A stretch of DNA of 64,000 nt from Eledone cirrhosa (taxonomy: Eukaryota): NCBI GenBank assembly GCA_964016885.1, contig OZ024743.1, positions 109,678,001 through 109,742,000 of the forward strand. Reading direction: 5' to 3'. Within the stretch, counting starts at the first letter, position 1. Each line of letters begins with the position of its first letter. A program made the position numbers and the translations under genes. The notes under the pieces were generated by a model that saw nothing but the letters and a program-made list of their open reading frames with translations, ran no database searches and was not told where the DNA came from. Shown piece after piece: positions 1-12,309 of the stretch.

Positions 1-365
1 TTCCACTCCCCGGCCTATCACAACTGGAGACAGATTGTGACGACGAGGAGTGGGAAACGATATCAGGAAAATAAAAAAGAAACCAAAAAAGAAAAAATTC
101 TTTTCCTTCCCCCTCCAAAAACAAAATACAGAGGGAAACAAATAAACTAAGAAACAAAAAAGTTAGGACAGATATGCCACCATCCACACCAGCATCACCA
201 ACCACATCAACCCAAACACCAACACCATCACCATCATTAACTCCAACACCACCATCACCTACACCACAAAAGTCACCAAAATGCGAAACAGAAACAAACA
301 CACAACAAACGCAAACAAAACAAAACAACCAAAACGATACACACTACACAGCATTAAATTTGAAT

Positions 366-428
366 GATAAAATAAAGTACCAGTAATGCACTGGGATAAT
401 TGCTGGCCTTGTGCCAAATGTAGAAACA
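366..428 (+). mobile_element. 5'-truncated SINE 3' fragment inserted in LINE ORF1, with a 12-bp target-site duplication
   Basis: Matches the 3' end of the SINE at 19824-20010; ATTAAATTTGAA at 353-364 and 429-440. Confidence 0.85.
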
Positions 429-745
429 ATTAAATTTGAACAACAAGCAATTATTGCACTACATCCAACACAACACCAGCATCACAGAAAAAGACTACAC
501 AACAACCCCAAAATTCACACCACCTCCACACATACAAATCACTCGCGTCACACAGAAAACGTACATGACACTAAAACAAAAATTCCCCAAAGACATCGGA
601 GACTTCCGACAAGCACTCTCCAGGAGGATTTATAAGGACATCCTTCCTGAGGAGGCCACAAGCAGTGAAAAGGATGGAAAAACCGTCCTTCCCCTACGAG
701 AAGTAAGGTAAGTGGTCTTTCCCATCTTTTCCACTCCTTTTCAAC

Positions 746-3700
746 ATGACCTCACTCAGAATAGGCAGCATAAATGCGCGTGGCTTGGGGTCGTCATGGA
801 AGCAGGGCCACCTGCTCAACGACCTCAGGTCACTAAACATAGATGTAGTGGCCATCAGCGAGACCAGAATCTCCGAAGCACAGGCTTTCGCACCGATCTT
901 CGGCGGCTACGATGTGTACGCATCTCCCAGCCGTCCGGGATCGGGGGGAGGAGTTGCTGTGCTTTTTCGGAGAGGTTTGGATCTTGCCATACGGGCCATC
1001 TTCCTGGACCCAGAAGGTAAGTTGGTGGTGCTGGACGTGACCAGCGGAGACGGGCAAGCTTTCAGGTTAGTGGCCGTCTATGCCCCGACAGGAGCAGGGC
1101 GGCCTGATTTCTTCCGGCGTCTGGAGACCTTTCTTGGAACGTCCCGCTCTTTAGTGTTAGTGGGCGACTGGAACGGGATCTTAGATGCACGCTGGGATTG
1201 TGTGGGATTAGTGGATAGGGAAGGAGGGTGCAAGAGTCTCACCAACCTGCTCAGGCGTTTTGAACTGTCTGACAGGTACCGAATGGATTTCCCGAATGTA
1301 CCAATGTGGACTTGGACAAATCGCATAGGGCCATCCAGATCATATCTACATAGAGTATTTTGTAGGGAAATAGATAGGTCTAGCATAGGCTGTCCACAAT
1401 TCAAGATAGTCAGCTACATGGACCACAAATTCGTGATCTGTGTGCTTGACTTAGATAGGCTTCATAGACAGGGACCCGGCTACTGGAAGCTAAACGCGTC
1501 CTTACCAGCCTGCAAGGCCTACAGAGACCGGATTAGCGAACTAGTTAAGCGGGCGTTGACGGGGCCCATCGTCAACAACAAGTGGTGGTTTGCTCTGAAA
1601 AGAGCAATTAGAATAGAGTCCATTAGGTTTAGTAAGACTTTAGCAATAGAGAAAAATAGAGCAGAGGGAGAATTAGTTAGAAAATTAGATGAGGCGCTTA
1701 GCAAAGGTATCGCGACCGACGTACTTGCGGCGAAATTGGCCCTTGACCAATTCTTCAATGCAAAGCACGAAGGCTGCGTTGTCAGAGCTAGGGTGCGTGC
1801 TCTCAGACACGAGGGGACGAAAGCCGTTCAATGGGCCCGAGTGGCGGAGGCGCGTCGTGGCAACAAAGCCACGATCCGGTCTTTGGTGGACCACGACCGG
1901 CGCATGCTACTCGATCCCGGGCAAATGTGTGAAGCTTTTCAGCGACACTTCGCTCAACTGTTCGGGGGCAGTGGCGGGCCGGATCGAGGGATGGACTTTA
2001 GTGTCTACCTCGACGGACTGCCGCGGCTTTCGGCCACTGAGGCGGAGTGTTGCGAAAAGCCGATAACAACCGCTGAAGTACGGGATGCAATGACAAGTTG
2101 CACAAGGGGAAAATCGCCTGGTTTGGATGGTCTGCCCTATGAACTTTACGTACAAATACCAAACTTGTTCCCGAGGCCTCTTGGCGGACGTCTACTGCAA
2201 CTGGCAACAGAACGGGAGAATTCCCAGCTCAGTGAGCCGAGGAGCGGTGGCGCTGCTGAGAAAGGATCCGAACAAGGGGGATAACATAGATAATTTTAGG
2301 CCCATAACTCTGCTAAACACAGAGTTCAAGATTTTGGCCAAGGTGCTAGCAAAGAGGTTGGCGCTTGTCGTTGGTGGTCTGGTGGGAGAGGCACAGACAT
2401 GCGCCATTCCCGACAGATCCATCCACGACAACCTCCACCTCATGCGATACATCGTAGAGAGGGTAGCTAGGGAACCTGGCACGGGTGGGTCTTTGATCAA
2501 TTTAGATCAGTCGAAAGCCTTCGATAGGGTCGACCATCGTTACCTAGCGGCAGTCCTGAGGGCGGCTGGCTTTGGGCCCGTCTTCAGAGGCTGGATCGCT
2601 GCCATGCACAGCGACATCTGCTCTGTAGTGAGAGTGAACGGTCGTCACCTTTCGGAACCGTTCAACATCATGCGCTCGGTCCGCCAAGGATGTCCCCTCT
2701 CGTCCCTATTGTACGTATCGACTCTCGAGCCATTACTGCACAAACTGGAGACGTTGAGGGGGGTCCCGCGCGAACTAGGTTGCGGAAGATCCGTGTCAGC
2801 ATATGCCGACGATGTCACCGTAGTGGTGTCGAACGCCAAACACATCGAGGCGATCGGCACTACACTAAGAGAATACGAAGCGGTGACAGGAGCAATGATC
2901 AACCAGGAAAAGTCAATGGGCCTGCAGCTCCGCACCTGGAGAGGGAGGTCCATGCCGTCCAACAGCGTCGTCGGGCGCTGGACGGACGGACCGGTTAAAT
3001 TGCTAGGGGTCTGGTTCGGTCCAGACCTCCAGACGGACAAAAACTGGGACGAGGTGACGAGCAGGGTGGCTTCTCTCACCCAGAAATGGGCCGAGAGGAA
3101 GCTATCCCTGAAAGGTCGAGCGGAGGTGGCGAATGCGTACATCGCATCCGTCATCTACTACCGCCTGACCGTCGTACCTTGTCCTAAGCCCCGCCTGACT
3201 GCGCTGGAGCGTTTGCTCTTTCGCTTTTTGTGGAAGGGACGCGCTCCGATGGTCAGGCGGTCCATCTGCTGTCAACACCCGCTACGTGGAGGGCTGGACA
3301 TGCCGTGGCTGATGATGCGCAGACATGCGCTCAGGCTACGACATCTCCACCTCTTCCTCGACGGTGATCAGGTGTGGTCGCCGTTTGCTAGACACGTTTT
3401 TCCCCAGCTCGTCTCCTTGACGGAGCTGCAGTCCTGGGTCAAGCGAAGACCGAGAGGGAGCGCTTGGAGACTGGAATGTCTTCAGGCGCTCACAGCCCTC
3501 GACCAATCGGGCAATGTGATCGGTGGAAACTCCACCTTGGCGTTCTATAGAGGATTAGTGGAGGGGAAGAGCGACGACGTACTTGGAGAAACTCTAAGCG
3601 TCGACGAAAATCAACTAGCCAATCTCTTCGGAAGGACTTTCGGGCCGGGGCCTATGGACAACTTCCAGAAATCCCTGGCCTGGCAGTGCTACCGAGGAGC

Positions 3701-4169
3701 TTTGCCAGTTCGGGATAAACTCTACAGGCATGGAGGTGCCGTCAGCCGGGCATGTCCGAGATGCGCGCATGGAGACGAAACCGTCCTGCACGCACTCGTC
3801 CAGTGTCCGAGCATTGCTGACTTGTGGGTTTATGTCGAACACCTGCTGTCACGTGTAGGACGGATCCGGCTATCAGCTGAGTCCATCGTGAGGATTGCCC
3901 CGCCCCCTTCCTTTAGCCTGGAAGGGCAGGCAGTTTTTATCTGTCTGGTGGCCATGGCGAAAGAGATAGTATGGTGGACACGTTTGAAAGGGCTGAAGAC
4001 GAGCACTTACCTCTTCGGTGATGCCCTGATTAACTTTTTCAAATTTCATTTGAAAAGGAAAATCAGGGTAGAGAGGGAAATGCTCTCTTCCCAGCATTTT
4101 GTTGAAAGATGGGTGAGAGAAGCAAGTATGGCCCGAATGAATGGGCCTTCTCTGAGTATGTGTCTGTAA
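746..4169 (+). pseudogene. LINE ORF2 (APE endonuclease + reverse transcriptase + zinc-binding domain), one frameshift near 2160-2180
   Basis: ORF 746..2284 has SINARGL, ISET, VYAP, GDWN, DHKFV and KSPGLDGLPYELY. ORF 2127..4169 continues with NFRPITLLN, DQSKAFDRV, RQGCPLS, YADD and CPRCAHGDETVLHALVQC. Confidence 0.93.
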
Positions 4170-4411
4170 ATTAAAGGTGGAAAACTGGGAGAGGGCACTT
4201 GCCCTGGTGGTCAGAGCCACTGTGGTCTTTTAATGGGCTTTCTCCACAAATGTCCCTTGGAAGTCTCCCCCCTATTGGGGAATTTTTCTTTGTTATTTTA
4301 TTTCAACCTCTGTTTTTTTACACGCAGAAATGCCCATTTGTACCGTCCTGTATTATCCTGTACTGTCCTTAATGTCTACTTTATGTGAACCCTTGTGGTT
4401 AATAAAGAAAA

Positions 4412-4412
<1 letters not shown>

Positions 4413-4454
<42 letters not shown>
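4413..4454. repeat. (TTA)n microsatellite shared by two tail-to-tail retrotransposons
   Basis: Direct reading. Confidence 0.95.
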
Positions 4455-4456
<2 letters not shown>

Positions 4457-6832
4457 AGTTGCATTTATCTTGCTTTATGTTCATACGAGTCATCACCAAG
4501 TCACAACCAGTGACCTCAAGAGACAACAAGGTCCGCCATGTTCAAGAAAGAATATACATACTCACACATGCATCTTTAGTGTTTAGACTTGTGATGTACT
4601 TATATTGACAGAATCTTCCTTAGTATATGGGCAGTTCCCATTAGTACTATGTTTTGTATTTCTCCTATACGCGGGTTTCCTGGGATTTGCGACAAGTAAT
4701 CAATAGACCCCTTAGGCATCATTCTCAGAGCGCCTACAACCACTGGTATTGTTTTAGTTCTCAATTTCCACATTTTTCCAATTTCTATCTCCAGGTCCTT
4801 ATACTTGCTCAATTTTTCAAATGTTTTTATAGATACATTCTTGTCTATTGGAACAGACATATCAATTAGCAGGCATACCCTCTTTTTAAAGTCCTTCAAT
4901 ATTATATCAGGTCTATTTGCATCTATGTTTTGGTCTGTTTGGATGCTAAAGTTCCACAAGATTGAGATGTGATCTTTTTCAAGTATGGGAGGTGGTTGAT
5001 GCTCCCACCAATTCTTTTGATGGGGCAGGTCAAAATGCTTACACATTATCCAATGTATGTATTGTGCAGCTCTGTCATGCCTGTTTAGGTATACGGTTGG
5101 AGCTATAGGACTGCACATTGAAATTATATGGTCAATGGTCTCTGGGTGTGTTTTGCATACAGGGCATAATGGGCTGCATCCATTTTTTATTATGTTGGCT
5201 TGGTAATTTGTTGTTGGCAGACACTGATCTTGTGCTGATATAATCAGTCCATCAGTCTCCGATTTCAGTCCAGAGGATGCCAACCACTGATGGGTTAAAG
5301 TTTTGGCAACATCAGGATTGTTAGCTCGCTCTGGGAATTTTCCATACAGAGGCTTTTCTTGCCATTTCTTAGCCAGTTTCTGTAGCAGTTCTTTCTTTGC
5401 AGTTACTTTTACCTGCTTTGTTTTTTCTGTGTTTTCCATTTCAGCAGTAAATGGGACTTCTGAAATTTGTAGTCCATTACTGTATCTTTGTACATCTTTT
5501 GTAATGGAATATGATCTTTTGATGATTTCGTGTTTCAAAACGAGTTTGATCATCCAATCATGTGATTCCCTTAGATATGTAGATAATCCAATTGTTGCAG
5601 TTTTCAACGCAATGTCTAACTGGATTAACCCACGTCCTCCTGCTTTCCTAGGGAGATATATTCTATCTATATCTGCCTTAGGGTGATGCATTCTGTGCAT
5701 GGTTAATAATTTTCGAATTTTTGTATCGAGCCTACGGATCTCTGTGCTTGACCAGTTGATGACATTGTAACTGTAGGTTACTACTGGTATGGCAAGGGTG
5801 TTTATGGCATCGATCCTATTCCTTGCATTCAATTCCGTTCTTAAGATTGCTCTTACTCTGCGATAACATTCCTTCCTTATCCTTTCCCTCATTGTCGAGT
5901 GCTTGATTCCGTCTCCTTCACAAACACCTAGATATTTGTAAGTTTTTTCTTTATCAAGTTCTCTTATCACGTTCCCCCGATCAAGATTAATGTCTGAACT
6001 CTTCAGCAGCTTTCCTCTGGTGAACGTTGCTTTGGCGCATTTATCTAGTCCAAACTCCATTTTAATGTCATCACTGAACTGCTTAACAGTGGATAATAGC
6101 CCTTGCAATTGTTCATCATTTTTTGCAAATAGTTTCAGGTCATCCATGAAGAACAGGTGATTAATGGTTTTGTCATAGACTTTATATCCATGTTTTGTTT
6201 CATTGAACATTTTACTTAATGGTATAAGTGCGATGCAGAATAAAAGCGGTGATAAAGAGTCACCCTGAAAAATTCAACAATTAATATTAACTTCTCCAGC
6301 TTCCAGTGATTTTGTTTCACTATTCAAAAGGAGTGTCGTTTTCCATGTCTTCATACTGAATGACAAAAACCTCTTGACAACGGGGGATATTTTGAAAATC
6401 TCTAAACATTTTTCAATCCAACTGTGTGGCAAACTATCGAATGCTTTTTTATAATCTATCCAAGCAATCGATAGATTTTTGTGTCTATTATGACAATCTT
6501 CCAGTATCATTTTGTTAACAAGAAGCTGATCCTTACAGCCATATGAGCCTCGTTTACACCCTTTCTGCTCAATGGGAAATACGTCATTTGTTATCAGGTG
6601 GTCATATGTGTATTCGGAAGCAGGAATGTAATGCCGTTAACTTGCCATGATGGTATCTTTTCTGGCTCCTTAACTATTTCATTGTAAAGTTGGGCTAACA
6701 GCTCATGAGACTCTGTGAAGGCATTTATCCAAAAGTTTTGTATTTTGTCTTTTCCTGGGGATTTCCATTTGCTGGTTTTTCTTAGAGCCAAGCGCAACTG
6801 TTCAGCTGTTATATTTTCCCATTATTTTGCCA
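4455..6832 (-). mobile_element. R4/Dong-like non-LTR retrotransposon with restriction-like endonuclease, 5'-truncated
   Basis: WKSPGKDKI (6594..6797), IDYKKAFDS (6274..6510), in-frame TGA (likely from GGA) at 6274-6276, then FQGDSLSP and the ORF at 4600..6210. The 3' end runs into (TAA)n. Apparent internal deletion near 6612. Confidence 0.88.
4600..6210 (-). pseudogene. RT C-terminal half, CCHC knuckle and RLE endonuclease of an R4/Dong-like element
   Basis: FFMDDLKLF, YKYLG, GGRGL, CPVCKTHPETIDHIISMC, RHD, RPDII...IDMSVP...KYKDL. Confidence 0.9.
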
Positions 6833-6973
6833 TTCTTCTTCTTCTTCTTCTTCTTCTTCTTCTTCTTCTTCTTCTTCTTCTTCTTCTTCTTCTTCTTCTT
6901 CTTCTTCTTCTTCTTCTTCTTCTTCTTCTTCTTCTTCTTCTTCTTCTTCTTCTTCTTCTTCTTTTTCTTCTTC
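6833..6973. repeat. (TTC)n microsatellite
   Basis: About 46 near-perfect units. Confidence 0.97.
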
Positions 6974-7675
6974 TTTATATTGCGAATTTGCCATGGCGAA
7001 GACCACGGAAAAACTAGTAGGTGAATTAAAGCGACAAACAGAAACATAATTGTTCTTTGGAGAATATATCATTTTCTAGACATATTGGGTAGGAATTCAA
7101 ATGCTAAAGATGCCCCTGCGACATATTTCGGCCAAGAGAATGTTCAGTTTGCAGGATACAAGACAGAACGGATACAAATAACACGCTTGGTAATAGATGC
7201 GATAATACATCAAATTTCTTTCAGTTTCAGAATGGTAATTGGAAATTCTTGACAAATATGGCGTATATTTAAAGCAAATTGTTTAATCGATTTCAACACC
7301 ACCCTCTACGTACATAAAATCAGTTTGGAAAGCAAAGGTGTTTTCTTATATTCTTTTATATATATATATATATATATGTGTATGTGTGTGTGTGTATGTG
7401 AATGAAGTAATTCCGTCGGAAAGGTCCAGAAAAAAAGAGTGCTCCATGAAGATTACAGAGCTTAATAGATATGTAATAAACAACATCAGATAATTATTTC
7501 ATTTACCAGTGCGTTCTTGAAAGCATACAACATTTGTTTTCAGTCATCAGAATGAAAAAATCCTGGTGTATTTATTGACAGTGGATGTTTTAAAAATAAA
7601 AATATAATCTATATGAAAGTGAGGCTGGAAAAGGAAGAAGGAAAGGAAAAAAGTATAAATATAAAAGTAGATAAA

Positions 7676-7713
7676 CATACATGCACACACCCACACACCC
7701 ACACACACACACG

Positions 7714-7755
<42 letters not shown>

Positions 7756-7867
7756 CACACATGTATACGCATACACACACACATATATATATACATATCC
7801 ATACATACATATATATATATACATATCCATACATACATACACAACTACACAAACACACACACACATG

Positions 7868-7959
<92 letters not shown>

Positions 7960-8414
7960 ATCATACATATATACACACATATAATCATACATATATACAC
8001 ACGTACATACACACACATACATAAACACATATCATACATACGCACACACATATATAGATATATGTACACACTGTTCCATACGCACACACACAATTAATAA
8101 TACGAAAAAATAATAATAAAAGATAAAAATAAAAAAAAACAATGGACAACCATATAAGGCAAAAGGCCGTCACATCAAAATACAAATAATAAAGTAAAAA
8201 ATATAATACTTAAGAAAATAAAAATAAAATGATTATAAAGTTGACAGCGATACAGGAAAAGACACATACATAAACAAACACACGTGGTAAGCAATACACA
8301 CATTTACACATACACATACATACATATAAATATATACATACACACGCACACACATACACACACATATACATATATATATACATATATATATACACATATA
8401 TATATATATATATA
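7676..8414. repeat. Compound (TA)n/(CA)n microsatellite field, one of many in the window (e.g. 33115-33990, 43117-43415, 55464-55680)
   Basis: Direct reading. Confidence 0.9.
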
Positions 8415-8788
8415 AGCTCGTTGATGAAGTAAACTTCCATTCCGCTTGCTCTAGAAGTCTTATATATTTATATGTGAGCTGATAGAGTACAGTCTAAGGA
8501 TTTACAGAAACCCAAGAAGCTAGATTTAACACCTTTCTAGTGGGTCCGGGTATGATTTTACATTCATTTAAATTATTGATGTATTGTTTTATTGATATTT
8601 TTTATCTGATTGTCCCGAATCTTCTATTATCGATTTTTTATCGTATGGTTGATTTTAGACTTGTTCTATGTGTGACGGTATTTTAACGATAGTTATAGCT
8701 CTGATTCATCTGAATTATTGAGCCCTCTGCCGCTCATTTCGAATATTGTTTATCGTGAACTCGTGCGCCGATTTTTCGATACTCGATC

Positions 8789-8883
<95 letters not shown>

Positions 8884-9031
8884 TATATATATATATATGC
8901 AAAAGTTTTATTTAAAATTGTTGGGTTACAACAAGTAAATATTTTATAACCGATATAAAGCACTCGACAAGTTTTTGGAGTAGATATACGATAGTAAACA
9001 AATGGAAACTATATTTATAAAACCATATTTA

Positions 9032-9093
9032 TTTCATTATACATATTTCAGGGATACCATATTAAAAATATGGCATGCCTTCGTCAGATAAAA
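9032..9093 (-). ncRNA. Type-I hammerhead ribozyme motif (family A)
   Basis: Reverse complement of the motif at 9196-9257. Confidence 0.8.
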
Positions 9094-9195
9094 TACAATA
9101 TAATCATTATAAACACCTCACTACCAAGCCAGCTTCCTACCTTAATGGTGGCTTATATTTATGGTACGTCAAAATTATTTATAAAACAGTTTATA

Positions 9196-9257
9196 TTTTA
9201 TCTGACGAAGGCATGCCATATTTTTAATATGGTATCCCTGAAATATGTATAATGAAA
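9196..9257 (+). ncRNA. Type-I hammerhead ribozyme motif (family A)
   Basis: ttttat-CTGACGA-agg..atgccatatt/aatatggtat..cct-GAAA-tatgta-TA-atgaaa; predicted cleavage after AUA at 9251. Confidence 0.82.
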
Positions 9258-9299
9258 TAAATATGGTTTTATAAATATAGTTTCCATTTGTTTACTGTC

Positions 9300-9381
<82 letters not shown>

Positions 9382-9599
9382 TACATAAATATTATATATA
9401 TATATAAACAAAAAGGTGGAAGGGGATAAACAAATATTTGGGAATACGACAAATAATAAATAAATAAATAAATAGATAAAGGTATAAATGTTTATAGCTG
9501 ATTTATAGCACTCAACAATTTCCTGGAGCAAATAATCAATGAAAATAAACATTAAATCACTCTGTATGTAATTATGCATACATATATATATAATTATAT

Positions 9600-9678
<79 letters not shown>

Positions 9679-9679
9679 A

Positions 9680-10506
9680 CACATACAAACACAAGGAAAT
9701 AAATTTCTATAAATAAAAAGGGTGGGTATGTAAAGGGTAAGGTAGAAAGTAGGGGGAATAAGGAAAATAAATAACATAGGAAAAAGTTTAAATATAAGGG
9801 GAGATAAGGAAGAACAATAATATAAGGGTACAGAAAGTGAGTTCGAGAGTAATAAAAATCGTAGTGGATGTAAGGCGTAGAAAGCAGAGAAGAAGTTCAA
9901 GGTGGTTGAGTCATCGTAGGAATGTCAATCCAGTTACAGATCAGATGTGATTTCATGTGAGGACAACAAATTTTTAGTGGTACACAGAACGATTCTTTGT
10001 GCCCCTTTGGTATTTCCACGAATGGTCTAAAAAAGACAAATCGATAGAGTACGGGATATTTTTATCTTTGAATTCCCACACCTTATCTGCGAGAGCCGTT
10101 GCTGTTCTTTTATCAGTATTTAAAAGAAGCGACATGTACATAAAACCTGGTTTTGTACCTGTCCCGAGACATGCCAACATATCGTTCACTCCTGGCTGGC
10201 TGGCTGGTTGTTAATTAAAGGTGTCACTTTGGCCTCATATACAACGGATTCCGTATTACATTTGCCCTGTAATGAGCATTCATCCGGCTTCCGGCAACTA
10301 CGTTCTGGATTTATTCTCTTACGATTAGAATTGGTGATTTTAGACTGCATTGATGGGCCGCAAGAGTAACTGATTTTAACTATATTTCTATTAAACATTT
10401 TATAATATCTATGATTAGGAGGAAAATGTTTGTCTAAGAGGTCAAGGAATTTCCTTCCTACATTAATTTTGACAGTTATATTTTTGTTTTTAAAATCCCC
10501 TGTCAA
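9680..10506 (-). mobile_element. Penelope-like element 3' remnant (RT thumb and decayed GIY-YIG)
   Basis: NVGRKFLDLLDKHFPPNHRYYKMFNRNIVKISYSC...CSLQGKC..VVYEAKV, then TALADKVWEFKDKNI. Confidence 0.8.
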
Positions 10507-10629
10507 TAAATAGACCAGGAATTTTTCATTGTGAAGACTGAAAGCAAATTTTGTTTGCTTTCAAGAAACCACTGGTAAATTAAATAATTATCTTATGTTG
10601 TTTATTACATAACTATATATATATATATA

Positions 10630-12256
10630 ATATAAGATCAAAAGATGGTTAAAGGAGTTCCATGTATTTTATTATGCGCATTTCAAAAACAAACATCATC
10701 ATGCAATAATATTTGTGTTTTCATCAGATAAAACAGGAGAACATGATATGAAGGCTAAAAAACACTTGTGGATAGTGCAGTTTTAAATCAACATATGAAA
10801 AGTGGTTTTAGATTTATGTGTGATATTGGGAAAAATATTTTATTTAGAGAGGGGGGGGGTAGAAAGGATGAAAAAGGGGAGGAGATGAGAGGGAGAGATG
10901 GGTGATAGAGAGAAAGAGATAGTTTTTATAACTGAGAGGAGATATATTGTTTTACATAGAGAGGTTGAAAACCGTTGGAAGATAATGTATAAATTAAAAA
11001 AAAAATTGAAAATTAACGAAAGGAGGATATGTGCGAGGAAAAAGTATTTTATTTAGGGAGGGGGTGGAAAGGATGAAAAAAAGGGGGAGGAGATGAGAGT
11101 GAAGGTGGAGAGGGAGAGATGGGTGATAGAGAGAAAGAGATAGTTTTTATAACTGAGAGAAAGATATATTGTTTTACATAGAGAGGTTGAGAACCGTTGG
11201 AAGATAATGTATAAATTAAAGGAATTTGAAAATTAACGAAGGGAATTTATGTATGAAGATAGAGAGAAGAAATAATAATTGTGGATGAATATTCTAACGT
11301 CAAAAAAGGGTATGTTGATAAGTATTGTGGCAATTTCAAAATTAACGAAGAGAAAAATTATTAAGGTTTGTGTGTAGAAGGATTTGAGAAAAATAATGTG
11401 AAGTTAAAGTTTGTATATTGGAGGAATTGATAATATATGCGAATAAAGAGTTAATATGTATTAAGAATGAGTTCGTTGATGGGGAGAAAAAAATAATAAA
11501 TTAAGGATGAAATTGAGATTAAAAAGATTTATGATAGAGAGAAAAAAATAATGATTGCGGATGAATATTCTAACGTCAAAAAACAAATGTATATGTTATG
11601 AAGGATTTTACAAGGTGAAGATAGAATGAGGGTAATGAGTAAACAAGTATTATAGAGTGTATAATGCCCTTTAAAGTATGGTAGGAAGATGGGTATATTT
11701 TAAAGAGGTGTATGTATATGTGCCCTTGAGAAAAGATTCTAAATTGATAAAGAATTGAATATTAACTGTATACTTTGTGAAAAGTTCTATGGAATTTATG
11801 CAGGCAGATAGAAAACAAATCTGTACGTCTATTTATTATAGAATCTAGGTTAGAGATAATGGTAAATTTTTCATTTAGGCAGAGATTACAGATTTTAGAT
11901 AGAGGGCTGTTCAAGTATGAGGATGCAGGAGAAACCTTCTTCCAAAAGATGGTATATTTAATGTTTTTGTCTTTTAAGGACCATATGAGTTCTGAGAGAG
12001 CAGTGTTGGTTCTTTTAAGTTTGTATTTGAAAGATGAATGATGATTATAGAGACGAGCTTTAAAAGAGGTGGAAGTGGAGCCAAAATAGGTGAAGGAATT
12101 GGTGCTAGTTATAATTTTACATTCATAAATTAAGTTTTTATCGAGACAATGGTTGTTGATCTTATATTATGTATACTCCAGTCCTACAAACTGTAGAGTG
12201 CTTCTTATCCGATATCTGCATTGCTTTATTGTACTACAATAAAACTCACCTCCTAC

Positions 12257-12260
<4 letters not shown>
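10630..12260 (-). mobile_element. Penelope-like element (family B), 5'-truncated: GIY-YIG C-terminus, 3' UTR/pLTR and short inverted tail (12155-12260)
   Basis: The minus strand encodes YFGSTSTSFKARLYNH...ALSELIWSLK; homologous to 52758-54997. Confidence 0.85.
10667..10733 (-). ncRNA. Type-I hammerhead ribozyme motif (family B), sense to the GIY-YIG ORF
   Basis: ttttat-CTGATGA-aaac acaaatat/atgtttgt tttt-GAAA-tgcgca-TA-ataaaa; palindromic stem III. Confidence 0.88.
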
Positions 12261-12298
<38 letters not shown>

Positions 12299-12309
12299 TA
12301 TAATATATA

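Larger units (their letters stand above)
1..4412 (+). mobile_element. Tx1/L1-clade non-LTR retrotransposon, near-complete (5' end outside window)
   Basis: Decayed Pro/Thr-rich ORF1 3' region (1-711), ORF2 with APE endonuclease, RT and C-terminal zinc motif, AATAAA at 4401-4406, then (TTA)n. Confidence 0.92.
8919..9300 (-). mobile_element. Short palindromic non-coding PLE-like element (family A) inserted in (TA)n
   Basis: Inverted arms ~8989-9095 and ~9194-9300; homologous to 49601-49918 and 55058-55463; TA repeats on both flanks. Confidence 0.8.

Noticed and set aside
6715-7072. Poly-L/K/E/F ORFs
   Set aside because: Reading frames of the (TTC)n tract.
7547-8440. Many YIYIYI / CVCV / THTH / LSLS ORFs here and throughout the window
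   Set aside because: Translations of stop-free dinucleotide microsatellites.
8415-8480. TTGATGA flanked by agctc/gagct
   Set aside because: No GAAA in register.
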